From NCBI RefSeq assembly GCF_003918875.1, contig NW_025765148.1:124001-188000 (forward strand): a stretch of 64,000 bases of DNA, given 5' to 3'. Under the pieces are notes generated by a model. That model made no database searches and was not told the origin of the DNA. It saw nothing but the letters and a program-made list of their open reading frames with translations. How positions within the stretch are numbered: position 1 is the first letter of the stretch; the number at the start of each line of letters is the position of its first letter. The DNA comes from Haliotis rubra. Taxonomy: Eukaryota. Of this stretch, positions 36,601-48,900 are shown piece after piece. A program made the translations under genes and the position numbers.

Positions 36601-38502
36601 ATTAATGACAATGCAGTAATGGATACATGTACGCTGACCATAACAATACTCCATACATGAGACGGAAAGGACAGGCTATAGACATGTTCATAAAACTTAA
36701 AAAGCAGCGGAATTTTCTACAGGAACAGTTTGAATCTGAATATGTATTTTATTCTTTTCAATGTTTTTGCCTTTACAACGTGTTAAGCTATGAATTCGCT
36801 AGATCTGCCTGATTGCACATTAGCAATAAGCCCATTCAATATGGCACATGTAAATAGCCTCGCAAGAGATGTTACTTTAGAGAGAAACACATTTTCAAGA
36901 AATAAATAACAAAAACTTACTGATCATTATGTGCATGTGGAATGTGTTTTTTTAATTTATGCCTCCCAAATATATATCACCATATATGGCCAGTGCTTCG
37001 GAGAGTTGTCTGCTTTGTTGCTACCCGGTATGTCTGTGTCAACACTGGATGATTTACATGAGAGGGGTGTAAACCTTCGTTCTGCTGGGTTTCCATTTAT
37101 TGTGTAAAGTGTGTCATCTTCATAGACACCATGTAGGAAGTAGGATCGCATCCTCTTCAGAGGCAGTCGGCTGACTTACGAGGCATAGAAATCTGTATCA
37201 CCAAGTTTGAGTGTTCTATAATAAACCATTCTATATGTTTTAATACTCATATGTCTTCTTTGACACTTCGACTGTAATTTCCTTGAGCTGATTATGACAT
37301 AACAGAAACAAGAGAACACATTATGACAGAACAGAGATCAGTTAAACTGTTACCCCTATGATGCCAGTGGACTTGCCAACTTGAATACATGGAGCTGTTT
37401 CATTCCTTATGTAAAGGGAGAACAGGTTGTTAAATGACAACATTCAACATTGAAAGTAAACAACATGACTAGTCCAATGTGTTTTATAATAAAAAGAAAT
37501 ATGAAAATGAAAAGAAACATGTATTACGATTCAATACAAATGATTTTTAAAGCCTTAAAGTTTGACAAATTTTCTTTGACATACATGTTACAATGCTTAC
37601 AGCAAGCTAACAGTCATGTGTCCATTTCAAGGTGTCTGACACTGGAACCTGTCACAGTCCTGAACAGAATTCAGTATATTTGAAAAATAAAAAATGCATA
37701 TAAAAATTCATTTTAACTTTGGGTAAAAAGCCTTTTGAAATTCATTATACATAACAAAGGAACAGAACATGCATATACACATTTAGACTTTTCTTGCAGA
37801 TTTTTGTGATTCTGCTCAATACGATGTGGTTGACCCAATCATGCATGAAAATATGTCATTCAAGTTGCAATCTGCCAAATGTTACCAACAAACCCCAGCT
37901 TGAGCCATAACTCATTAGTCAGCACCCTGTTTAATAAAAAAACTCCACACACAGGACAATTCCTACAAGGAACACTTACTTGTGTTTAATGGGACCTTAT
38001 CCAACAAAGTAGTAAGTAATTATAAACAGTGTGGAAATACAGCCAATATAAACAGCAATATTACCATTTTTTATTTATGTATTGATCAGTATCATTATTG
38101 GGAACAATACTGTCAAAAGGTTTCACTGAATAAACAATTGATTGTTGAAAATCCACAACAGACCTCTTAAACTCTGACCTCCACATCAAAGCTGACAAAC
38201 TCAAACCAGATAACAACACCAGCACAGACAGCTCCTAGCTGAGGGTTGGGCACCAGTCTACATCTTGTATTTTCAGATTTAAATGAATCTGAAATAAGCC
38301 ATACAACCAGGAAAGTTGATATGAATGCATAGCACATAAAGCTAAAACATTCACAGACAGTCAGGTGAAATGTCGAACAAACATATCCGCTGGCCTGCAA
38401 GGATATATTGTTCAGTGTCCAGAGTGGGTCAATACACATTATTGGCTTAAAAGAGAGAACCCCAAATCTCACTCTTCAGTAGAATAAGGTTGTTTACACA
38501 TT

Positions 38503-38615
38503 AAAAATTACCTGTGTCAAATATCATTAATCCCTAACAGTTCAGGATAGTGATAGCTTCAAAAAAATTACCTGTGTCAAATATCATTAATCCCTAACAA
38601 TTCAAGATTGTGATA
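38503..38615. repeat. 60-bp tandem duplication abutting the Kolobok element
   Basis: AAAAATTACCTGTGTCAAATATCATTAATCCCTAACA occurs twice, 60 bp apart. Confidence 0.85.
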
Positions 38616-38622
38616 AATTTAA

Positions 38623-39698
38623 AGGTCACATGCAACCAAAAAATCAAACATAATTAAAACACAATTATCACTTCTTCATGACATGTAATATGCATGGCTG
38701 ATTATGAAAAAACAAATAAACAAAATTATAAGCGTATAATCGCAAATCAAAAGTGCAATATTTTGTACTTGGGTTTACCTCCCTCGAAACGAAGCAGCCG
38801 GGATACCGAACCCAGTCAGAGCGGGTGGGTGTGCACTCAAGTGTAACGGCTGGTTCATTAGCAGATGCCTCCTTCACGGCTCATTGTGTGTGTATATATA
38901 GAGATGTTGGGTTTTGTAAATACATGCTCATTTTTTGTGTATAACATTTTGCAATCAACAGACATCATAACATGTCATGTGTTCAAGTATCACACCTGCC
39001 TGTCTGTGTAATTACATAATGTGACAGAGACCGAACTCGGGCCATAAATCAATGCGTTTTGTTTATGGTGTATAGCCTGATTGGTGTTAAGTTCAAATTG
39101 CATGTGGTCAGTGATCGTGAGTTGTGTATTGAATATTGTCATTAGCAGACAGGCAGGCAGACACACAGGTGTCAATAAAACAAGACATTGAGTTTTGTCT
39201 GTGACAGCGACATATCTATATCACAGTTAGAAATTGTGTCAACGCTTAAATAATGACATTGCTTTTAAGCATCGAACTGAGAAAGTGACTCGGTAAGAAG
39301 AACGTGTGGTGAAATAGACAAATGAAATTATATAAACAGTTTATTTACTGTCATAACATATAAAAGCTCGCACCTGTGAGATATCAACAAAACATTATGA
39401 AAATAGCTCACACCAAAGCCTTCACCGAGTATTCACCAGACAGCCCGCTTCCAAGTTGCGCGAACCTATTTCACTGCGCACGTGCTATGAGCGCAGCCCA
39501 GCTGTTGAAACCCGTATTCCCCAGAAAAGTCTGGGGAAAATTAGTGAAACGTTTGAACTCCAATTTCGCGCGTTTTTTTTCATCGCGTTATTTTTCAACT
39601 TTATAAGTTGAATTTGCATTTTTGACGCTTTGTTTCAGTAAGTCCATACCGAAAGGTATCAGAATCTGCAAAGTTGTGTTTTACGTTGCATGTGACCT
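38623..39698. mobile_element. Non-autonomous Kolobok-type DNA transposon
   Basis: TTAA-AGGTCACATGCAAC ... GTTGCATGTGACCT-TTAA. Confidence 0.8.
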
Positions 39699-40255
39699 TT
39701 AAGAGAACTGCTTCTTTACTTGCCTCCTTATGGTTAGAAATGATGATCAATCTCTTCTACTTTATGAGCAAATCTGCAAATACACAGGTAACCATAGCAA
39801 CAGGAAAAATTAGAAGAAACATATTGACAAAAGTGGAAAACTGAAACCTCTTTGAATATACAAACTCATGCTTGCAAATTTATATACACTGCATTACTTT
39901 TCATAAAATTTCAACTTTTTTGTGATTCCTTGTTCATATTAGATGATCTGAAACACAAAGTCTATACAATTGTATGCAAAATACTTAAAATGATCTGTTA
40001 CAAAAATCGAAACCTGTATCTAAAAATACAAATTCAAACTGTTAATTGCAAAAGTATTTTTATACAGTGATTTATGTTACAGATTTCTCTAAAAATATGC
40101 ATGTCTTAGGAATCAACTTAATCTTGCTACCAATCCATGGCTTTCAGTGATTTGATCGAAATGTATGTCGCCAGTAATGTCATCTTGTGCAGATGGTGCC
40201 CAGCTGGCAACAGTGAATTGGTTAAAATATAAAGTATCTACACATCCTAAATCTG

Positions 40256-40381
40256 TTAGCAGCACTTCTTCTTCTTGCTACTTCTGTGTCCGTCAAGTTT
40301 TATTGTCTGGGGGGCGTCTGCGGCTTTCTTCTGTTGCTCTTTCTTTGTCGACAAAACCAGGCGAGTAATGGCTAGGAACAT
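40256..40381 (-). CDS. RAB35: RAB35 terminal exon
   Basis: MFLAITRLVL...SSKKKKCC* (polybasic tail plus CC prenylation motif). Confidence 0.95.
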   Translation of the reverse strand: MFLAITRLVLSTKKEQQKKAADAPQTIKLDGHRSSKKKKCC

Positions 40382-41120
40382 CTGTAACAACAGGAGAGTT
40401 GGTTCATGCTTGTTTTGTTTGTTTGTTAGTTTGTTATTTGACGTCGCACTCAGCAATATTCCAGCCATATGGTGGCGATCTGTAAATAATCAAGTCTGGA
40501 CCAGACAATCCAGTGATCAACATCATGAGCATCGATCTACGTAATTGAGACATGATGACATGTGTCAACCAAGTCAGCGAGCCTGACCACCTGATTCTGT
40601 TAGTCACCTCTTACGCTAGAAACAGCCATCAATAACATACCATAAGGGCGAGGAAATCTGTGCAAAGTTACTTATTGAGTGACGAAGATGACACTTCTGT
40701 AACAAATCCATGGTAATGTAACGACATGTACGGTTTGTTTGTTGTTTAATAACGCACTCTGCAATACTTCAGCAATATGGCGGCAGTCTGTAAATAACTA
40801 ACATATGTTATATTTGGGATTACACTTTCTTAGTAAAGTATAGAGTAAGTAATATATGTTACATTTGACCACTTTCTAAAATGGCATTGTGTATTTGTAA
40901 ATAACTAAGTTTAGTGAGTTTAGTTTTACGCTACACTCAGCAATATTCCAGCTATATGGCGGGTAAATAATTAAGCCTGGACCAGACAGATGAACAGCAT
41001 AAGCATTGATCTACGGAATTGGGATACAATGACATTTGACAACGGGCCTCTTACCGCAAGCAGGGGTTACTGAAGATCAATTCTAACTGGATCTTCATGG
41101 GTGGGTTCAATTTTGTAAAA

Positions 41121-41286
41121 GGGGGCGTTGGGGTAGCCTAGTAGTTAAAGCGTTGGCTCGTCACGCCGAAGACCCGGGTTCGAATCCCCACATGGGCACA
41201 ATGTGTGAAGCCCATTTCTGGTGTCCCCCCACCGCGATGTAGCTAGAATATTGCTAAAAGCGGCGTAAAACCAAAGTCAGTCAGTC
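41121..41286 (+). mobile_element. tRNA-derived SINE family A
   Basis: A/B boxes plus shared body, (CAGT)n tail. Confidence 0.85.
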
Positions 41287-41959
41287 AAGTTTGTTAAAAT
41301 CAGATCCTGTACAGCCATGTGCTTCCTCTTTGTTTCAATGTCTGCATATGAAGTCGCATCGAGGTGAACTTATTTATCAACCAATCAGCAACAAGACTTT
41401 CACCTTTTAGACAAATTACCTAATGTCTGTATCGCGACAATGAATACCTTCATGGAGTTCCGAATGTAAACAAATGTACCTATGTCATATCATTCCAGGG
41501 ATCTTTTAGCCAATTACTGTCTCCATCTAAACATGTCTACTATTGACTGATTGAAGGTATGTCTGTGTTATTCAGTTAAGGTTAAAACTGTGGAGCTGAG
41601 GTCACAATAACTGTAACCGTATCCTCTTAGAAAGCTGGCACCTAACTGGTTTATGAACTCACTCATCTATCAGTAGACTCGGTTGAATGTTCACTAAGGT
41701 GCTCAACACAACTATGATGGATGTGCCTTCAACCTTTTACATGAATCATAATGGCGATATCCCAGCAATATGACGAGTGATACCAGGAATGGGCTTCATA
41801 TACTGTAGTCTGTGAATCCACACGCAGGATCAAACACAGGCCCTTGATGTGATGAACCTATACATTAACCACTAGACTACCCATCACATTACACGCAAAA
41901 TATAGAGGACTAACAAGTTGTGAATATGTTTGATTTTTAACACCAGACTGGACACCCAC

Positions 41960-42084
41960 CTCTTCAACATTTATGTTTTCCTTGGCACTCGTCTCGTACA
42001 GCTGAATACCCATCTGGTCTGCGAAGCGCTGAGCATCTTGGGTTAACACGACCTTTCTGTCAGGGTCATCGTCCTTGTTACCAA
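41960..42084 (-). CDS. RAB35: RAB35 exon 5
   Basis: VGNKDDDPDRKVV...ETSAKENINVEE. Confidence 0.96.
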
Positions 42085-42681
42085 CTGAAAACAAGGTTAC
42101 CATGGTTACATGATATTTTCTTGGCACGAAGCATATCCATCATGTGGTTAAAGAGATTATCCCGAAGATGGACAGCTTCAGAGGCCAACGCCAGAGAATC
42201 AATCACAGGCTAAAGTCTGAAGGCTCTGTAGCTCCCCTGCCAATGAAGAGAGACACTAACTACTACAGATACAAAGGGCCAAACTAACACTAAATTCTAG
42301 CGACTTGTCATCAAGAGAAGAAACGTAAATTCAGTGTCTGCTGGCAGATTCAGCAAAAATCCTTCAAGATATTTACAAAGCAAGGAAATGTATCACAGTC
42401 AAATAAACACAGTACAGAAGCAGAAGTTTACCTGGCGTTTGAGTGCCTCTACCATCTACTTATATCATATTTCAAATATACACAAAAACTCATTACGTTT
42501 TTAATAAGATTGGCTGAATAATAGCCATAAAAAGCATTTCAGATATGGCTGTCACACTAATCATATTGGAAAACCAGATAGAACAAAGTCAGGTCTCCTG
42601 ATTGGTGAGATGCTGCATCTGATAGTTCAACACCATTCTGCATGTGGTTTGTATGGAGATGTTTACAACAAACAATAAACA

Positions 42682-43097
42682 TGTCACATATGTTATATTT
42701 GGGATTACACTTTCTTAGTAAAGTACAAATTCTAGTACTTTTTTAGTTGAGCCCCATCCGGGATTCGAACTCACACCCTCAGAGTCAGGTACCTAATCGC
42801 CAGCACACAAAGTCAGTCGCCTAACCCGCTCAGCTACCGCGACTTCCACAAAATGGAAGTCGGACAACTGGTAGTCTAGACTGCAGACTTTGTGTACCCC
42901 TCTGATAAGTGTTAATAGGCACGGCTAGGCGACTGACTTTGTGTGCTGGCGATTAGGTACCTGACTCTGAGGGTGTGAGTTCGAATCCCAGATGGGGCTC
43001 AACTCAAAAAGTACTAGAATTTGTACTTTACTAAGAAAGTGTAATCCCAAATATAACATATGTGACATTTGACCACTTCCTAAATGGCATTGTGTAA
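42682..43097. mobile_element. Palindromic element with two inverted tRNA-like heads in RAB35 intron 4
   Basis: About 146-bp arms (42682-42828 and 42921-43067) with B-box GTTCGAATC; internally deleted copy at about 40801-40895. Confidence 0.65.
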
Positions 43098-43199
43098 TCA
43101 AACAAAAAACATAACGGTGGAAAAAGACGGGACACAACCCCTGATGACACAGACAAGTCTTATGTCATAGCTCCCTTTATACTTCACTTCAAAGCTCAC

Positions 43200-43324
43200 C
43201 TAGAATCCTATTAACAACATCACAGTTCTGGTCAATCTCATGTAGCCATCTCTTGACATTTGCAAAAGATTCTCCGCTTGATACGTCGTAGACAACAATC
43301 ACTCCATGTGTGCCTCGGTAGTAT
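43200..43324 (-). CDS. RAB35: RAB35 exon 4
   Basis: [41 protein letters not shown]. Confidence 0.96.
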
Positions 43325-43514
43325 CTGAAACACAGCATGTGACATTGGACAAATTTTTGGCAGGTTTCACTGTCAATTTTACATAAATTTATTCACTGGT
43401 TGGATATCAATTTATCAGCAACCCAAACTGGACATCATCAGTTACCATGACAAGATCTCTCTCTGGTTGGATATCACCTTGAAGTTATTACAGCAACACC
43501 ATCGAGGCCATTGT

Positions 43515-44821
43515 GACATCATCAGTTACCATGACAATCACAATATAATGACATCAGTTTGCTATATCACTGAAGCAATAGTATTCTGACATCATCAGTT
43601 ACCATGACAATCACAATATAATGACATCAGTTTGCTATATCACTGAAGCAATAGTATTCTGACATCATCAGTTACCATGACAATCATAATATAATGACAT
43701 CAGTTTGCTATATCACTGAAGCAATAGTATTCTGACAATAGTTACCATGACATCATGACATCAGTTTGCTATATCACTGAAGCAATAGTATTCTGACATC
43801 ATCAGTTACCATGACAATCACAATATAATGACATCAGTTTGCTATATCACTGAAGCAATAGTATTCTGACATCATCAGTTACCATGACAATCACTAATAT
43901 AATGACATCAGTGACATCAGTTTGCTATATCACTGAAGCAATAGTATTCTGACATCATCAGTTACCATGACAATCATAATATCATGACATCAGTTTGCTA
44001 TATCACTGAAGCAATAGTATTCTGACATCATCAGTTACCATGACAATCATAATATAATGACATCAGTTTGCTATATCACTGAAGCAATAGTATTCTGACA
44101 TCATCAGTTACCATGACAATCATAATATAATGACATCAGTTTGCTATATCACTGAAGCAATAGTATTCTGACATCATCAGTTACCATGACAATCACAATA
44201 TAATGACATCACTATATCACTGAAGCAATAGTATTCTGACATCATCAGTTACCATGACAATCACAATATCATGACATCAGTTTGCTATATCATGAAGCAA
44301 TAGTATTCTGACATCATCAGTTGACAATCACAATATCATGACATCAGTTTGCTATATCACTGAAGCAATAGTATTCTGACATCATCAGTTACCATGACAA
44401 TCATAATATAATGACATCAGTTTGCTATATCACTGAAGCAATAGTATTCTGACATCATATGTTACCATGACAATCACAATATAATGACATCAGTTTGCTA
44501 TATCACTGAAGCAATAGTATTCTGACATCATCAGTTACCATGACAATCACAATATCATGACATCAGTTTGCTATATCACTGAAGCAATAGTAATCTGACA
44601 TCATCAGTTACCATGACAATCATAATATAATGACATCAGTTTGCTATATCACTGAAGCAATAGTATTCTGACATCATCAGTTACCATGACAATCATAATA
44701 TAATGACATCAGTTTGCTATATCACTGAAGCAATAGTATTCTGACATCATCAGTTACCATGACAATCACAATATAATGACATCAGTTTGCTATATCACTG
44801 AAGCAATAGTATTCTGACATC
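43515..44821. repeat. 73-bp minisatellite (about 18 copies) in RAB35 intron 3
   Basis: Unit GACATCATCAGTTACCATGACAATCACAATATAATGACATCAGTTTGCTATATCACTGAAGCAATAGTATTCT. Confidence 0.95.
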
Positions 44822-45648
44822 AAATGTTGGCATGAGAATTATTTGGAAAAATAAACAACATGAAAATAGAGAAACTTTTAGTTGAGGCAATTTAAATCAA
44901 GTACATAACTGCAACAGCTGTTCAATGCTGGAAATAAACCGAGGAGTGGAGTGGACATAATAAGTTGTTCACTGGTCATGAGGGGGACATGGGTTGATAT
45001 AACCTCTATGTTTGTATACGTTCAACATAGCCATAGACATGATAGAGGGTACATCAACCCATGGATCCCGAGGGACAAATGAATAACATACACCTCAATG
45101 ATACTTTTGAACTGTTTGAAGCACGAGTATCAGGTCATAATAAGGAGTACCAGAGTTAGGCAAATTAGCCAATACCAACAACGACAGACAACAAATATTT
45201 TTTTTAGAGTTATCTCCCTTCCATTGATTTGCATTTGCAACACTTCAGTAAGTTCCGTACAACATACATGACTCAATTATTCAAGACAAAGGGTTACTAA
45301 CACAAATACGATTATATACATCATTACTGAGGACCAAATGAATTCCCACAGTTCCCAGGATAGATTGAAAAAAATAGAAGAGCGCTCAGTCAATCAGAAA
45401 ACGATATTTTATCAGGTAAGATAATATCTGCTGCAATATTGAAATAGAGGGATTCTACAAAATTGACCTTATAATGTCAGGGATAAACCATGCTCAGCAG
45501 CCTGTCAGCTATTTACAGAGAGTTACCACAACAATCTCCTCATTTCTGTCCTCAGTTTCAATCACATCACATTGACCAAAATAATTCCTTACAACCAAGT
45601 CATACCAAACATACTTGAGTCAAAGAACTAAGACAGCAAGATTCCTTA

Positions 45649-45858
<210 letters not shown>

Positions 45859-46504
45859 TCACATTGGTGTACATCACTCTCTGATAGGATGACATCAAAC
45901 AAGGCAGCAAGTCTGGTCGTCCTTTTCTGCTAGTCGCCTCGAGAGAAGCAAGGGTTGCTGGAGACCAATTATGATCTGGATCTTCACAGAGCAGCAACGA
46001 ATCGACATAAATAAACACAAGGTGAAGAAGAAACATAGTTGATACAAACCCATGAAAAACAGCGACAATGCAAGTAAGAGCTTGTTAGGCTTGAAGAGTC
46101 AAAAGATTTTTGGCACTGACTGCTCATGGGTACAACTTGTGGAGCCATCTCTTGTGGTCTAGATTGAGATATTACTGCCCTAATGCAGCATGAAGACCAA
46201 CAGACACTGAGAACCAACTACATCATATGGCCCTAATTACAATTCCTCTTGTCTAGAGATCTGTTCTATACCTACTGTTACCATCTCTCACAACTTTCAT
46301 AAAAATGGTATGTCACGGAAGCGAACTTAGTATTTTGTTTATTACTCTCCAACTGCCTACAGTGTGATGACTCTCATTGTGACAGAGGTATTAGCATTGT
46401 GACATATTAATTGTAAACCATTATGACGTCATACATCTAGCTGTATTACACTAGTGTAATATTGCCATAAAATATTACACTGCAGCATTTCCACGGGCGA
46501 CTAA

Positions 46505-46958
46505 TAATATACAATTACTGACTTCTAGTGAGGTTGATCCGATGATTAGACATGCCCAAGGTCGATAATTCATTGGATCAACCTCACTAGACGTCAATCA
46601 TTGTTTTATTAATATATAACAAAAGTACTGAATACCTGGTCTTCTGTGACATAAGAGAGACTCACATAAGCTGGAATAGGCTTATCGTCTGCCATTTTGA
46701 TACAGACGGGACGTAACTCTAAACCAACACAGTCACAGGGACAAAGCGATGCACGCAGTGCGGAGTTCACAGCTGGAAGATCCCAAATCTAATTTCAGCC
46801 ACGGGAGGTGCTTGGATTGTTACATCAACCTCCCGCGATGTGCCGAGGTTGTATATCAACATATTGCAACGTCGCGAGGTTGACATCGCTTAGCGTCAGA
46901 GCTGTCATGTGAGCAAGTGGGCCAATCGGAAGAGTGGACATCTACCAGTCATATAATA
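46505..46958. mobile_element. Non-autonomous repeat with a long terminal hairpin (Crypton-like build)
   Basis: Hairpin CTAGTGAGGTTGATCC...GGATCAACCTCACTAG at one end, CCAATC...ATATAATAA at the other; similar architecture at 44955-45427. Confidence 0.45.
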
Positions 46959-47046
46959 ACTATTGTTACCATGAGAGTCTGACGGGTAGGTTGATGATTC
47001 AAATGTTTAGTTTGTATTTGTGAAAAGAAACAATTCCAGTACTTAC

Positions 47047-47097
47047 CCGAGAAAGTATTATCAGCAAATCTCAGCAGCAAACTGCTCTTGCCAACAC
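47047..47097 (-). CDS. RAB35: RAB35 exon 2
   Basis: GVGKSSLLLRFADNTFS (P-loop). Confidence 0.95.
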
Positions 47098-48184
47098 CTT
47101 AACAGAGAAGAGACATGATGAGAAGCTGACATGATAAACAGAGTTGCTGAAATACTCTCACTTCCATTTCCATAAAGTATTCAAAACAAATCACCACCAC
47201 GGCTGAAAACAGGCACCATCTATACACAGACTCCACTACAGTGAAAGCTGTATGTCTTTTTTATTTTCAAAGGGACATGTATATTTTTCGTGAACTTATG
47301 TGACAAGTAACTCGTTAAGGTTAAAATGTCTCCCAGACACTAGGGAATAAGTACAAATATATTGTAAGTCAAATCTAGATAGATAGGGCAAGTCTAGATT
47401 GCCTCTGCTGAACCAGCTTCATTATGGGCTTAGTGTAAACATATTTTATTCAAAATAAACTGAACTAGGATCGGTAAACAAGCCGTAATGGCTTATTTGA
47501 ATACCTCTCCATTTCATTGATACATGAATAAAATAAATATTAAATGATATGCAGCATGATAGGAAGGTGTCGTGCCGGGAAGGCTAAAATTTATTTTTCA
47601 GGTGTCCCGAGAAGTATAAAATTTATATTTCGGATTTCCTGGGAGAGCTAATTTCCAAGGGAGTAGTGAAGTACCGCCAAAGCTAAAGATACGGTGCCGG
47701 GAAGCATAATCCATGTCGGGAGTAGATAGATTATCTTCTTCGCTTGTTTAGAACTTTATTTAACAGTGGCATTTGTATTTCAGATGTATTTAATTATAGT
47801 GAGTGATTGAGTGAGTGAGTTTAGTTTTATGCCGCTTTTAGCAATATTCCAGCAATATCACGGAGGGGGACACAAGAATGGGCTTCACACATTGTACCCA
47901 TGTGGGGAATTATTTAATTATAAAAACATTAGAATAATAGTCACAAGGCATAATCCATGAGTAGTTAGAATTCTTTTCAGAACATTGTTATAATAGAGTA
48001 TTTATCTTCGTCGCTTGTTTAGAACATTATTAAGTGGCGTTTTCTATTGTATCATACAGTGGCAGTATCATAAATATAAGCTTATCTTTGGCAAAAACAA
48101 ATCCAATGCAAACCACAAAATGTTTATTACGGCCTGTAAAAACTATAACAGAACTCTAGAACAGTCAAATAGAGCCTACAAAGG

Positions 48185-48545
48185 GTGAGGTGAGGTGAGG
48201 TGAAATTGGGTTTAACGTCGTGCTTGAGAATATTTCGCTCATATGACGACGTGCATGCGTGTGTATGTGTATGTGCAGCTGCTTGTACTAGCCCAGACTG
48301 AAGCAGGTTTTATAGTGCTAGCCCACTGAGATACCATGCCGAGTGAAGCATGAATACCCCACTCAGACACATTACACTGACTCCGAGCTGACAGGTCCTT
48401 GTTGTACCCATTAATGTCTAGCACCAGGCAGGGACCAACAAGTACCATATTTTAACGTCTTTTGGTATGACGCGGTCGGAGATTGAACCCGCGACCTTCC
48501 GCTCTCTGGGCGGACGTTCTAACCACTACACCACGGAGACGGTGT
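48185..48545 (-). mobile_element. Full-length tRNA-headed SINE with a Meta/MESC-like domain
   Basis: A/B boxes (GGTGTAGTGG, GGTTCAATC), CATACCAAAAGAC..AAAATATGGTAC domain, (CCTCA)n tail. Confidence 0.75.
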
Positions 48546-48689
48546 CTACAAAAGGCAATGTGCAGAATAAGTACGCTTGGCACAAAAATCTCATCCCAAA
48601 ACATTTTGGAATATTTTAAAATCTTTCTAAGAAAAGCATAGTTATAATGTCAATGTTGAGTTGGTGAAGCTTTTTAACCATTTTAAAAG

Positions 48690-48900
48690 TATGAATGAGA
48701 CTGATGAAAGCGATGATGTAAACATCGACATGTGTGAATTGAGTGAATGTGACATTAGATAATCCAATTACAGAAAGCGAAATAGCTCGTACTTGGTACT
48801 GTAAATTGTTTTATTGAGGAACAGCTGGGCATGTATATAAAATTATTAGCACTATTGTATGCAGATGACACTGTTTTGTTGTCGGAAAGTGCTGAAGATG
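48690..48900 (+). mobile_element. Degenerate LINE reverse-transcriptase fragments
   Basis: LDNPITESEI and LLYADDTVLLSESAED. Confidence 0.55.
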
